Source: Nitrososphaeria archaeon
GTDB lineage: Archaea > Thermoproteota > Nitrososphaeria > JACIWG01
Direction of reading: 5' to 3'
DNA: 64,000 bases
Assembly (NCBI GenBank): GCA_050011875.1
Contig: JBEKIG010000005.1
Coordinates: forward strand, 1 to 64,000
This document shows, one piece after another, positions 9,249 through 19,526 of this stretch. How positions within the stretch are numbered: the first letter of the stretch is position 1; every line of letters begins with the position of its first letter. A model generated the notes under the pieces. That model did not search any database. It saw only the letters and a program-made list of their open reading frames with translations, and was not told the DNA's origin. The translations under genes and the position numbers were made by a program.

Positions 9249-9350
9249 ATGCCCCAGAGCGATATTGCGCGCACGAACAGGAAATTTTTGTCGCGAGCCG
9301 GATGTCTAACGTTATTATATAATGTTTTTATATAACGTTATCATATAATA
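9249..9350 (+). promoter_or_regulatory. Upstream motif block / promoter of the HTH-coiled-coil gene
   Basis: aacgttattatataatgtttttatataac (9308-9336) is 27/29 identical to 3592-3620; contains tttatata. Confidence 0.65.
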
Positions 9351-9358
9351 CTAATATC

Positions 9359-9925
9359 ATGCCAAGGAAAAAAGGGGACGACGACGAGCTGAGGAGGAGG
9401 GCGCTCGAGCTTAGGAGGAAGGGTTTGAGCTACGTGGAAATAGGAAGGCAACTGGGTAGGAGCAGTTACAAGGCTTGGGAGCTTATATCACCGTACGAAA
9501 GCCATCAGCCCAAGATCACACAGGTCGCAGAGCTAGATAAAAGGATAGCCGAATTAAATGGTAGGATAAACGAGCTCACCAAAGTAACCGACGATATAAG
9601 CGCTCAGCTCAAGAAAGTGAAAACAATAAAAGATCTCAGCGAGAGGATGTCTCGGGTTGATAAAGAATTAACAGTCCTCAAAGAAAGCGTTGACTTGTTG
9701 CAGAGGAGTGCAAGTTTTAGGGTTCTTGATTTTGAATGTCACAAGATCGATAAAGACGGCTTCTGTACGTTTTGGTCTTGGGTAGAGGAGATAAAGGGAA
9801 CGAATATGAGAAAATCCAACTATGAGGGAGCAGTTAGATATCAGATGAACGTGAATGAAAATCCGTTAATATGTACTGCATGCCCAAAGTTTGCAAATAG
9901 GAATATAAGTTTAACGAAGACTTGA
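9359..9925 (+). CDS. HTH + coiled-coil + Cys4 (putative Zn) protein
   Basis: ALELRRKGLSYVEIGRQLGRSSYKAWELI helix-turn-helix; heptad region; CHKIDKDGFC...PLICTAC. Confidence 0.85.
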   Translation: MPRKKGDDDELRRRALELRRKGLSYVEIGRQLGRSSYKAWELISPYESHQPKITQVAELDKRIAELNGRINELTKVTDDISAQLKKVKTIKDLSERMSRVDKELTVLKESVDLLQRSASFRVLDFECHKIDKDGFCTFWSWVEEIKGTNMRKSNYEGAVRYQMNVNENPLICTACPKFANRNISLTKT

Positions 9926-10029
9926 AGGGAGATTACCTCAACATCTAGATATGGACATTTATTGTGTAAAGTTATTATCTGAGGACAGTAAGTTACACGT
10001 TTGTAAAGTTTAAATATTAACTTAGTTAA

Positions 10030-10704
10030 ATGAATTATTCAATGCGGAGCGGACTAATATTAACGGGAGCACTAGTCTGCTTGTTAGCTCTTACAGTAGT
10101 GCCTATGGTTTCCGCTACATCAAACAACGGCTTAAAAACAACATCTCCCGTCCCCCCACCTGCCACAATAGAACTGCCAATGAAAATAAACAATACTTGG
10201 GGCGAATTTTTTTGGGAGTCAGGGACCACTCTATCACCGTTGCCAGGTACATGGTGGGCTGATCAAATCGTGTCAGTCAATGTACCATATGCAATGGTAG
10301 TCAACATTACTGTCACAGACGCCTTTGCTGCAGGAGACAATTTCGAAGTATGGGAAGTTAACGGTATCAGCCCGACTACGGGCACCCTGATAGGTACGAC
10401 ACCACATGTACCAGACAACTACACTATTGGTATAAGTGATCCGAACCTAGCGTTAATTAATCCAGCATATAGCCATGCATCGTTCATTGTTGACTTGACG
10501 CCTGGAACATATTACTTCGCTTTCAGGGAAGTAAGCCATTCTATTGAAGGAGGGGGCGGTGCGTTTGTCAAGTTTTCTGAAGCTATGACTATCGGCGGCT
10601 ATGTTCTACCTACTGGCTTTGACTTCGTGCCTATCGTAGCCTTGCTTGGAATTTTTGGCGTAGCGACCGTCGTGGTAGGGACTAGGAAGGAGCGCAAATT
10701 ATAA
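10030..10704 (+). CDS. Secreted, C-terminally anchored protein (VTD.F..GD.F.V domain)
   Basis: Signal peptide; ITVTDAFAAGDNFEV; C-terminal IGGYVLP + TM + basic tail. Confidence 0.8.
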   Translation: MNYSMRSGLILTGALVCLLALTVVPMVSATSNNGLKTTSPVPPPATIELPMKINNTWGEFFWESGTTLSPLPGTWWADQIVSVNVPYAMVVNITVTDAFAAGDNFEVWEVNGISPTTGTLIGTTPHVPDNYTIGISDPNLALINPAYSHASFIVDLTPGTYYFAFREVSHSIEGGGGAFVKFSEAMTIGGYVLPTGFDFVPIVALLGIFGVATVVVGTRKERKL

Positions 10705-10736
10705 CAGGCACTCCCTATTTTTTTTCCTGAACATAG

Positions 10737-10831
10737 ATGAAGTGGTTTAAGTTAAGCTTTGGGTCCAGGTTGCTTCCTTTGAACCTATTGGGAAGGTTGC
10801 GAAAAAAATCAGATTTAGTGTTTGTAATAAA
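10737..10831 (+). repeat. ~95-bp dispersed element, copy A
   Basis: taagctttgggt...tttgaacct...aaaaaatc.gat.tagtgtttg.aataaa shared with 12190-12306 and 25579-25700. Confidence 0.85.
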
Positions 10832-11083
10832 GTGAGAATAGAGGGGGTTGAGGTGCAATAGTAGCAGGCACTTGGAGGATCGACGCAGTTCTTCTAAATT
10901 TTTATGACCTATCTCCTACTGTACAATTATCACCCTTTTTTCGGGTAAACATGTCGATAGTGGAACAGTTACTTAAAGGAAAATGCGTAATGCATCCATA
11001 ATCCGAGTCCTTGAAAGCGATCAATGGATATTTGGCCTTCAAGTTTATTAACATAATCGGATAAATATTAGTCAGTTGGAGTA

Positions 11084-12152
11084 ATGAAGAGTATGAGAAT
11101 AAAGTTTGCAAGGTTCTTTCTTGTGTCGTTGACTGTTTTGCTGTGTTTGTCTTTGCTACCTTTTGCAGGGGCAACCGACGATTGGACGATGTTTCGCCAT
11201 GACGCTGCGCATTCTGGATACTCTACCTCAAGTTCTTCTGGTGGTGTTAAACTTTGGAGCTTCCCTACTGGAGACCAGGTGGAATCTTCTCCTGCTGTTG
11301 CTGGAGGGGTCGTTTACGTCGGCTCATATGACCACAATGTTTACGCTTTGAACGCTTCTACTGGTGCTAAAATCTGGAGCTACACTACTGGAGACTGGGT
11401 GACTTCTTCTCCTGCTGTTGTTGGAGGTGTCGTTTACGTCGGCTCATATGACAACAATACTTACGCACTGAATGCTTCTAGTGGTGTTAAGCTTTGGAGT
11501 TTCACTACTGGAGGCTGGGTGTTTTCTTCTCCTGCTGTTGTTGGGGGTGTCGTTTACGTTGGCTCAGAGGATGGTAATGTTTATGCTTTGAACGCTCTCA
11601 TATGGCAATAATGTTTACGCTTTGAACGCTGCTAGTGGTGCTAAAATCTGGAGCTACACTACTGGAGACTCTGTTTATTCTTCTCCTGCTGTTGTTGGAG
11701 GTGTCGTTTACGTCGGCTCAGCTGACAACAAAACTTATGCCTTGAACGCTGCTACTGGTGCTGAAATCTGGAGCTTCCATACTAAAGGCGCTGTTTATTC
11801 TTCTCCTGCTGTTGTTGGGGGTGTCGTTTACGTTGGCTCAGAGGATGGTAATGTTTATGCTTTGAACGCTGCTAGTGGTGTTAAGCTTTGGAGCTTCCCT
11901 ACTGGAGACCAGGTGGAATCTTCTCCTGCTGTTGTCGGAGGCGTCGTTTACGTTGGCTCAGCTGACGGCAAGGTTTATTCTATTGGGACTCACACAACAA
12001 CAACCGGGACTAAGACTGTTACCTCTATTCCTCAAGCAGTCATGGATCTGTTTCTACAGTTGCTTTGGATACCCCTGCTGATAATCGTAGCACTGTTGGC
12101 AGTTGCTCTATTACGTAAACGTAAAGCCTCCTCGAAGGGTAAACAAATTTGA
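11084..12152 (+). pseudogene. PQQ-like beta-propeller surface protein, frameshifted by a 34-bp partial repeat unit (11597-11630)
   Basis: WTMFRHDAAHSG, repeated SSPAVVGGVVYVGS.D..VYALNA..G...WSF.TG, C-terminal TM; the two ORFs join in frame if the 34 bp are removed. Confidence 0.85.
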
Positions 12153-12189
12153 AGTTTACTGGTCCCCTATTTTTATATCATGAGCTTAA

Positions 12190-12306
12190 ATGGTGTGGTG
12201 TAAGCTTTGGGTACAAATGGTTTCCTTTGAACCTGTTGGGATGGTTCCCAAAAAATCGGATATAGTGTTTGCAATAAATAAATTGATAAGTCAAATGTCA
12301 ATCAGG
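12190..12306 (+). repeat. Dispersed element, copy B
   Basis: See 10737-10831. Confidence 0.85.
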
Positions 12307-12527
12307 AAAATTAAGAAACAAAAAGGGTTGGTAAAATGTTCCTTGGAAACCAAGAACTTGCAGAAGCGGAAAAAAACTTAGTAAAAGAAGCAGATAAAAT
12401 AATAATGCCTAAGATCGATATCCTGTTAAAGTAAGCAAAGAAAAGCTACAAGTGATTCTATGAAAATACATGTTTTAGTCGTTGGATGAATGCAGTCAAA
12501 ATATTTATATCGTAAAACGATTGATTA

Positions 12528-13424
12528 TTAACTTTGTCTAACCCCAACTACCTTATTCCTTATTTTGCCTACCTTCTCTATCTCAATTTCTACAGTCTGG
12601 CCTACCTTGAGAAGCTTAGGTGTAGGCTTGGCGAACACTCCAACTCCTGCAGGCGTGCCTGTAGCGATTATGTCCCCTGGATCAAGGGTCATCACCATGC
12701 TGATGAAGGAGACCAGTTCAGGGATTTTGAAGATCATCTTTGAGGTGCTTGAGTCCTGTCTTATCTCCCCGTCAACTCGAGTCATTACCTTTAGCGAGTT
12801 TGTATCAGGGATCTCGTCCTTTGTTACTATCCACGGTCCAACGGGTGCAAAGGTATCGAATGATTTGCCTCGAACCCATTGGCCATCCCTAAACTGTATA
12901 TCCCTTGCTGAGACATCGTTGAAGACTGTATAGCCTATTACATAGCCTAATGCATCCTCTTGTTTCACACCTCTACATTTTTTTCCGATGACAGCTCCAA
13001 GCTCGCCCTCATAGTCGAGCTGAGATGTGATCGAAGGATACTCTATTGGATCAAAAGGCCCCGTAATAGCTGTGTACGGTTTCATGAAGATAATCGGTTC
13101 GGCGGGCGGCTTAACCTTGCCTTCTTCTGCGTGATCATAGTAATTTAGACCTATACAGATCACCTTAGGTCTGTTATCTAGAGGGGGTAACAGCTTGACC
13201 CGATCTAATGTCAGCAGATTTGATGCTGTATTCTTCTGCTCCATCATTTTAGACATCTTTTCATTAATATCCCTGTCGGTAAGCATCAGCTCCTCAAAAT
13301 CTCCTATGTTTTTCGGAAGGTGTATGCCAAGCCTTTTTTCAAGTTCCTTCCTTGTAAATACTATATCTTGATTCAAAACAGCATAGGTCTCTTTGTCATC
13401 TAAATCTACACGCGCTATTCTCAT
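12528..13424 (-). CDS. Fumarylacetoacetate hydrolase family protein
   Basis: KVICIGLNYYDH, LDYEGEL, NDVSARD, GKSFDTFAPVGP, GDIIATGTPAGVG. Confidence 0.95.
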   Translation of the reverse strand: MRIARVDLDDKETYAVLNQDIVFTRKELEKRLGIHLPKNIGDFEELMLTDRDINEKMSKMMEQKNTASNLLTLDRVKLLPPLDNRPKVICIGLNYYDHAEEGKVKPPAEPIIFMKPYTAITGPFDPIEYPSITSQLDYEGELGAVIGKKCRGVKQEDALGYVIGYTVFNDVSARDIQFRDGQWVRGKSFDTFAPVGPWIVTKDEIPDTNSLKVMTRVDGEIRQDSSTSKMIFKIPELVSFISMVMTLDPGDIIATGTPAGVGVFAKPTPKLLKVGQTVEIEIEKVGKIRNKVVGVRQS

Positions 13425-13511
13425 ATTTTATTGCCCTGCGAGTTTCTATACAAAAGGAGTTTACCTTATAAAGATTCAATTCAATAATTTGTCTTTTTGT
13501 ATATTCAACTA

Positions 13512-14339
13512 TTACTTGAGTTCAGTCAGCTTAGCTGAAAGTTCCCAGAGGTCGTGTGCGAGCTTTGCATCTTGGGCTTGCTTGCTAGGTTTCTTGATCT
13601 TTCTTTTCTGGTAGTATTCACCGGGTTGCCAATCTTTACCCGGCTCAGATGTAGCCAGCCACACCAGAGTATCGGCACCTTCAGCCGGGGAAAGAAAGAG
13701 ACGGTTGATGAATGTTGTATATATAAAGCTCCAGCCACCACCGAATTCAGAAGAAAAGCTGGTTCTCACTATGCCCGGGTGGAATGCTGCGGCCGCTATA
13801 CCTTGTGCATAATATCGCTTATGCAATTCTTTCGTGAAAAGAATATCCATAAGCTTAGCTTTGCCGTAGGCGCTCAGTCTTGTATATCCATGCTCGATAT
13901 CGATATCATCTAGGTCAAGCTTGCCTGCCCCTCTGTGACCGACGCTCGTTGTCGCGATGACAGTTGCCTTTGAAGAGATGAGCGTATCGAGCAGCAGGTT
14001 TGTCAGGAGGAATGGTGCAAGATAATTAACTTGGACGGTCATTTCGTGTCCGTCAACAGTAAGCATTCGTTCGCCGCCCATAACTCCGCCTGCATTGTTA
14101 GCCAGAACATCAATCTGTGGGAAGTCCCTTTTAAGCTGGGCAGCTAGCTTTCGTACATCATCTAACCTTGTAAAGTCAGCAAGATAGTGGGGGGCGTTAA
14201 GCTCCCTCGCCACCGTTTCAGTCTTTTGAGGTGATCTACCGACAATAACAACGTGAGCGCCCTGAGCCTTCAGTAGCCGCGCAGCTGTTGCCCCGATGCC
14301 ATCGCTGGCGCCGGTTATGATGATGACTTTATCAACCAT
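13512..14339 (-). CDS. SDR family oxidoreductase
   Basis: TGASDGIG, NNAG, YGKAK. Confidence 0.95.
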   Translation of the reverse strand: MVDKVIIITGASDGIGATAARLLKAQGAHVVIVGRSPQKTETVARELNAPHYLADFTRLDDVRKLAAQLKRDFPQIDVLANNAGGVMGGERMLTVDGHEMTVQVNYLAPFLLTNLLLDTLISSKATVIATTSVGHRGAGKLDLDDIDIEHGYTRLSAYGKAKLMDILFTKELHKRYYAQGIAAAAFHPGIVRTSFSSEFGGGWSFIYTTFINRLFLSPAEGADTLVWLATSEPGKDWQPGEYYQKRKIKKPSKQAQDAKLAHDLWELSAKLTELK

Positions 14340-14563
14340 GATGGTAACCTCCTCTCTTGATTAGTTTATCGTGAGCGTTTAACTTATAAATATTAAATTC
14401 TCTGCTTTTTAGGTTCTGGCAACTTAGCATGGGGCAATTCTCACTGTTAACTGTCGTCGGTTTGCTGGGCCCACTATTACATATCACATTTTTATTTAGA
14501 GGTTAGAAAGCTTTCGTTAAAAAGTACACCTTTTTTAATGACTTCTAAATAGGAGTATTAAAT

Positions 14564-15283
14564 ATGAGTTCGGATACACTAAAATGCCCAAGTTGTGGCG
14601 CATTACTAGAATCTAAGGACATTCAGAAATGTAAATACTGCGGTGCAATCTTGGTATTTGATTATCGAAAGAATATTTACACTGCTCAGCTGGACTTGAC
14701 ATGCCCGAAATGTAATACGTTGAACGAAAAGGGACGGTGGTACTGTAAGCATTGTCTCTCAATATTCTCTAAGACATTGTCTTCAAAGGAATTGGAAAAG
14801 GTAAAGGAAGAACAGAAGAGTGTAAGGTTTAAACAAGAAAAAGCTAGAAATATTTTACCAAGCAATGTATTACAAGCCTTAGGTTTGGTTGAATACATAC
14901 ACTATGTTTTACAAAGGGGTTCAAAAGATAATAATTTTATTGAATTGATTACAAATGAGCAAATCATACACTATCATTTCCAGAAAGGCTTCATGGGAAT
15001 AGGTAAACGTGAAGAGCTTTGGAAAGCATTATACGATGATATCATATCCTTTCGTGAGCAAAAAGAAAGCAGTTGGAAGGAGGTTATTGAAGAGTATGAA
15101 AGCACTCACTTTTTATGGATTCACGCATCTTCAGGCGATTATACGATCTCTGTGGACACATCATCAGCTAATGGCTTGGATAGTTTTTTGAAGATTCAAG
15201 AGGAGTTGAAGAATGCCTTCTTTAAACATACAAACCATATCCTAGACGCAGATATAGTATATTATCTTGGAGAAATACTATAG
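14564..15283 (+). CDS. Double zinc-ribbon protein with PH-like C-terminal region
   Basis: CPSCG..CKYCG, CPKC..CKHC; LITNEQII. Confidence 0.7.
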   Translation: MSSDTLKCPSCGALLESKDIQKCKYCGAILVFDYRKNIYTAQLDLTCPKCNTLNEKGRWYCKHCLSIFSKTLSSKELEKVKEEQKSVRFKQEKARNILPSNVLQALGLVEYIHYVLQRGSKDNNFIELITNEQIIHYHFQKGFMGIGKREELWKALYDDIISFREQKESSWKEVIEEYESTHFLWIHASSGDYTISVDTSSANGLDSFLKIQEELKNAFFKHTNHILDADIVYYLGEIL

Positions 15284-15461
15284 AAATTTGTTGGCACATA
15301 GCAAGAAGAGAGCTTCTACCTATCCTTAAAGATACTAAACTGAGCCTCAAACCTCCAATAGTTTAATTATCTTGGTGTTAACCTCCTTCATTGAGTAAGA
15401 TGCATTCCATTCCAGCCTTCCTGGCCGCTTTAAATCCAACCAGAGGTCGGCGAAGCGGGGG

Positions 15462-17369
15462 TTAGTGTTTTTTCCCACGCCTCAATATTACGACCACAGC
15501 TGCCACGGCGACAATCAAGCCTCCGATCAGGCCGAAAAGCAGTAAGTTGTACGAATAGTTCAAAGTGACAGTATTCGATTGCACAATGTACCCGGCGTCG
15601 TCGGTGATCCTGACCGATATCTGCTGCTGTCCCATCTTGTTGAAATAATAAGTCCATCTAGGGAACGTCGTGTTGGCCATCGACTCGCCGTTCAGAACCC
15701 AATCGTAAGAGTAGGAGCCCGAGTCACCCGAACAGGACACCGAAACGAAAGCTTCTGTATCAGAATACAGAAGGCCCGAGGATAATGGTGTGGCCGTGAA
15801 GTTCGTGATACTCGGTTTGCTGTTAACCGTCATGGTAATGGAATTGGAGGTCGCTTGGGTACTATTGTTGTCTTGTACAGTTGAGTAGATGTTATAAGTT
15901 CCTGAGGTTGTGGAGCTGAACGCATAGGCCAAACCAGTGGCACCAGTTACAGGATTGCCATTGATATACCACTGATATCCATATGGCAAGGTTCCCCCCA
16001 TCGCCAAGGCAGCGAAGTTCACTGTGAGCCCAACATCTGTAGTGGCGCTTGGCACAGAGATTTCGAGAACCAAAGATGTGGTATTGACAAGTTGTAAGGT
16101 CTCCGAATCAGATTCGTTCGTTGCATGGTTATCAGAAACGTAAGCGTAAGTATCAACCATAACTATTCTATCGCTAAAACCCGTCCTATTTGTGTCCGTG
16201 AATTGGTAGTTTAAGACGCCACTTGCGCAATTGAAGGTGTAAAAGACAGGGTTAACGCCACCGTCTCGACTGCTTTCTTCAAATAGCACCGTGTTAGAAT
16301 CAAGCATGTTAACGTTAGGGTGGTTCTCCCCCCTCCTTACAGTAAGACCCGTATCGTACTGAAGCCAGCTCCCCGTGCCCGGCCAATATTCTATTCTATA
16401 GGTGTTTATGCCCGTTGTGTCGTTTGAGATTAACCCGCAGGCGATCCAGTTTGAATTAGAAGTTATGTGGCTAAAGAAGTTACCTTGAGCGTAGACTTGG
16501 AATAAGGGGCCTGACCAAGTTGTAAGGCTTGAAGAATTAAACACCATTTCGTCGTGGTAATTTTGAGGTGTTCCAGCGATAGCCATGACGAGAGTGTATA
16601 CACTGTTTTTGAAAAGTACCGTGTGAGTTTCATAACCTGTCTCGTTAGTAATATACGCGTTGTTGGTGATTGTGACGCCCACATAGTCGGCGTTGTTGGT
16701 TATTTCAGAGGGTGGGCATTTCAATATCCATATATTGTTAGATTTGCAGGGCCCAATAGATAAGTCGAACAGCATTACGTTCTGCAACGGGTCGTAAATC
16801 GCTGAGACAATGTTGGTGCTAATCGTTTCGTTATAGGCCATTATGTAGTTGTGAATAGGAGCCAGCGTAGATTCATTATATGTGTCAACGAACCCCGTCA
16901 CTACGGAGTCTGGATATTCCCAACCAACCACATACACGACCCCACCGTAAACGTAAGGGCTGTATGCCTCAGACCACTTCGTCGGTGGTGTTACGTTCCC
17001 TAATAACTTCATGGTGGTCGCGTTATATTTATAGAGACAATTATATCCACCGCCGCCACCTGCATAACCCGAAGTGGCAACCCACATATATCCGTCGTAA
17101 AATGACGTATATGAATTGCTACTTTTTGAAGTGTAATTAAGCCTATTATTTATTGAAAAGTGGCTCCTGATAGATGGCGCCGTAGATGTAGTCATCGTAG
17201 TGGGCGTAGTCGTTATGTCTTGTCCATACTCATAACCTGACAACCAACTGCCTGTGGCGTGAGCTACATTTTCTTCAAAATACATTGGAAAAGAAGAAAA
17301 CATTGTAAACAAGGAAAGAAGTGTTAAAGCAACCAATGCAGTCTTCTTAAGATTTAGAGAAGAATTCAC
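15462..17369 (-). CDS. Cell-surface protein (propeller-like region + PKD/Ig-like domains, C-terminal TM)
   Basis: Signal peptide; GGTLPYGYQWYING and SYSYDWVLNG repeats; TM + RRGKKH. Confidence 0.85.
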   Translation of the reverse strand: MNSSLNLKKTALVALTLLSLFTMFSSFPMYFEENVAHATGSWLSGYEYGQDITTTPTTMTTSTAPSIRSHFSINNRLNYTSKSSNSYTSFYDGYMWVATSGYAGGGGGYNCLYKYNATTMKLLGNVTPPTKWSEAYSPYVYGGVVYVVGWEYPDSVVTGFVDTYNESTLAPIHNYIMAYNETISTNIVSAIYDPLQNVMLFDLSIGPCKSNNIWILKCPPSEITNNADYVGVTITNNAYITNETGYETHTVLFKNSVYTLVMAIAGTPQNYHDEMVFNSSSLTTWSGPLFQVYAQGNFFSHITSNSNWIACGLISNDTTGINTYRIEYWPGTGSWLQYDTGLTVRRGENHPNVNMLDSNTVLFEESSRDGGVNPVFYTFNCASGVLNYQFTDTNRTGFSDRIVMVDTYAYVSDNHATNESDSETLQLVNTTSLVLEISVPSATTDVGLTVNFAALAMGGTLPYGYQWYINGNPVTGATGLAYAFSSTTSGTYNIYSTVQDNNSTQATSNSITMTVNSKPSITNFTATPLSSGLLYSDTEAFVSVSCSGDSGSYSYDWVLNGESMANTTFPRWTYYFNKMGQQQISVRITDDAGYIVQSNTVTLNYSYNLLLFGLIGGLIVAVAAVVVILRRGKKH

Positions 17370-17500
17370 TTTTCCATCTATTATTATCCATAATTTCTGA
17401 TATATTATCTTTTTACCATTAACATTTTTTCCAAATCCTCAAGAACTTTAAGTGCGTTAATGCGATCGACTTTGGTGAATATCCTTGATGTTTAATATTG

Positions 17501-18322
17501 TTATCTATTTGGCATACATGCTTTTTTTGTCTCAGCTAGATGTAAGTATGGGCCGATTTTTTTGGCAATCATAATATCTATTATTTTACTAATATTAATT
17601 TTCGTTATTGTTGTGGGAATTTTCAACTTATCTTTTAACATCATCTCCAAAGCGGTGATTAAGCGACTTAGAACCTCTGGATAATCTTCTTTCTTAAGAG
17701 CGAGTATAGCCTGGGCTATTTTATCATCAACGCTATCAAAAATACTTTTCTTACTTGAAGTAGAAGTTGATTTTCCATCCCTGAACGACGATGAGGAAAT
17801 CGTTATTTGCTGTGTCACCGTGAATGTGGCACCCCAAATCTCGTAATCACTGACACTGGTTGTTGTCTTCCCTAAAAATTTGCTAAGGGCCTCTACGGGA
17901 TGTACACCGCCGTACGTGTGTGGAACCGTGAACACGACACTTGTGTTAAATTCGCCGTTTGATCCCGTCGTCGCGTTGTTAGTCAAATAGTATGTAAGGT
18001 CGCCATACGTATCTTGATACCAGTATAGGTAGACATCTATGTTTGACGGGAAACCGTAAGCTTGCACACTTACTGAGGTGAAGATGGGTCCATTGCTTGG
18101 AGTCAGTATCATCGTAGGCAGCACTGTAAGAGTGAAGTTGAAGAGTGTATCAACATTGACGTAGTTATTAGTGTTTAATGAAGTGTCTGTGAGAAGGTTG
18201 TAGCTTAGGATGGTGGGATCTGAGGAAACGGAAGCATGTGCAGGAATCATTGAAGCCGTTAATGAAGTGGAGAAAGGTAAAAACAGGAGACAGATTGTTA
18301 AGAACACAATCATTGACTTCAA
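17501..18322 (-). pseudogene. Chimeric ORF: truncated secreted Ig-like protein fused to a helical cytoplasmic fragment
   Basis: Signal peptide + LTPSNGP..V.V.AYGFP domain, then a Lys-rich helical region that continues out of frame to about 17410. Confidence 0.55.
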
Positions 18323-18699
18323 AGTTCTCGTTTAATTGCCACATTCCGAGTATATAAGATTTGTTCGTAGTAAAACGAGCGCAGACAACGATTATTAAAG
18401 AATCATATTAAGAAAAAAAAACGACCAGACATATAAACTCCTTTCATTACTTAAATCGAACATATGTTATTGTAAAACCTAGACTAGTGCAATCGTTTAG
18501 AAAGCTTAAGGTGATGGTTGTTTTGTATGATTAATTCATAATGCATGAAACATCTTTTTTTAAATGCTGCAGACTATAACTACCTGAAGACCTTCCTAGG
18601 AAATGGGATCTGCTACTACACAACTTTTATTGATGATGACTTAAAAGTTTAAAAGAAGATATCTTTTGCCCCCATAGCAAAAGCAAGTGAAGGTTTCAT

Positions 18700-19197
18700 A
18701 TGGTCACATTAATTGATTATACGGCACTCATATCTGCCGCAGCCGGAATTTTTGCTGTCATTTTTACAGTAATTCAGCTACAGCACATGGAAAAGCATAG
18801 AAACGTTGACGTTTCAATGAAACTGTTTGAAAGGGCGGAAAGCGAAAGGCTTCTTAAGGCTTTTAAGTGGGTGGAGGAAGACTTCAAATTTGAAAACTTA
18901 GAGGTATATAGGAGACAAAGCGGGGAAAATTCTGAATTAAGGGATTACCCTTATGAGGTAACCGCATTTTTTGAAGAAACAGGATTCCTAGTCAAAAAAA
19001 AGTTTGTGGACCTAGATGTTATCGTTGATTATCTAGGTCCTCGTATAATCTCAGATTGGCAGAAGCTCGAGCCGTGGGTACTCGAATTGAGAAAAAAAAA
19101 GATTAATCAGTCATTCGGTATACATTTTCAAGGATTATACAACGACACAGTTAAATATAACGAGAAGACCCAGCGGGTTACTTCAGTAACCCCATAA
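18700..19197 (+). CDS. DUF4760-like hypothetical protein with N-terminal TM
   Basis: FFEETGFLVKKKFVDLDVI...W.KL.P.V..LR. Confidence 0.65.
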   Translation: MVTLIDYTALISAAAGIFAVIFTVIQLQHMEKHRNVDVSMKLFERAESERLLKAFKWVEEDFKFENLEVYRRQSGENSELRDYPYEVTAFFEETGFLVKKKFVDLDVIVDYLGPRIISDWQKLEPWVLELRKKKINQSFGIHFQGLYNDTVKYNEKTQRVTSVTP

Positions 19198-19526
19198 TAC
19201 TTTCAATTTATAGGTCAGCCTTCCTTCTATCCTCTTCTGTTATTCTCCCTTTCACCATTATCTGAGGCTCAAGGGCATTCAAACTTAGCTCTGTGAGCTG
19301 TTGGAGATGTCGTTGATCTGAACCCGCTGATATGCTAAGACAAAAAAGTGTTAGATGCCCCAGTACAATCAATAGGATTATGCAACAAAGCATATGACTT
19401 TACAGAACCTGAGAAAAAAGTCAGGAAAGAGATATTGCTCAACCAATCCTTCTTGTTGGCGACGAACTTCCCTCTGCCGTATTAGACCTTGACGACCTTA
19501 ATGTCAGCGTATTTATGGATCCGAGC

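Noticed and set aside
8601-9274. ORFs 8601-9023 and 9062-9274
   Set aside because: Phe/Lys bias derives from A/T tracts and no protein motifs are present; treated as non-coding
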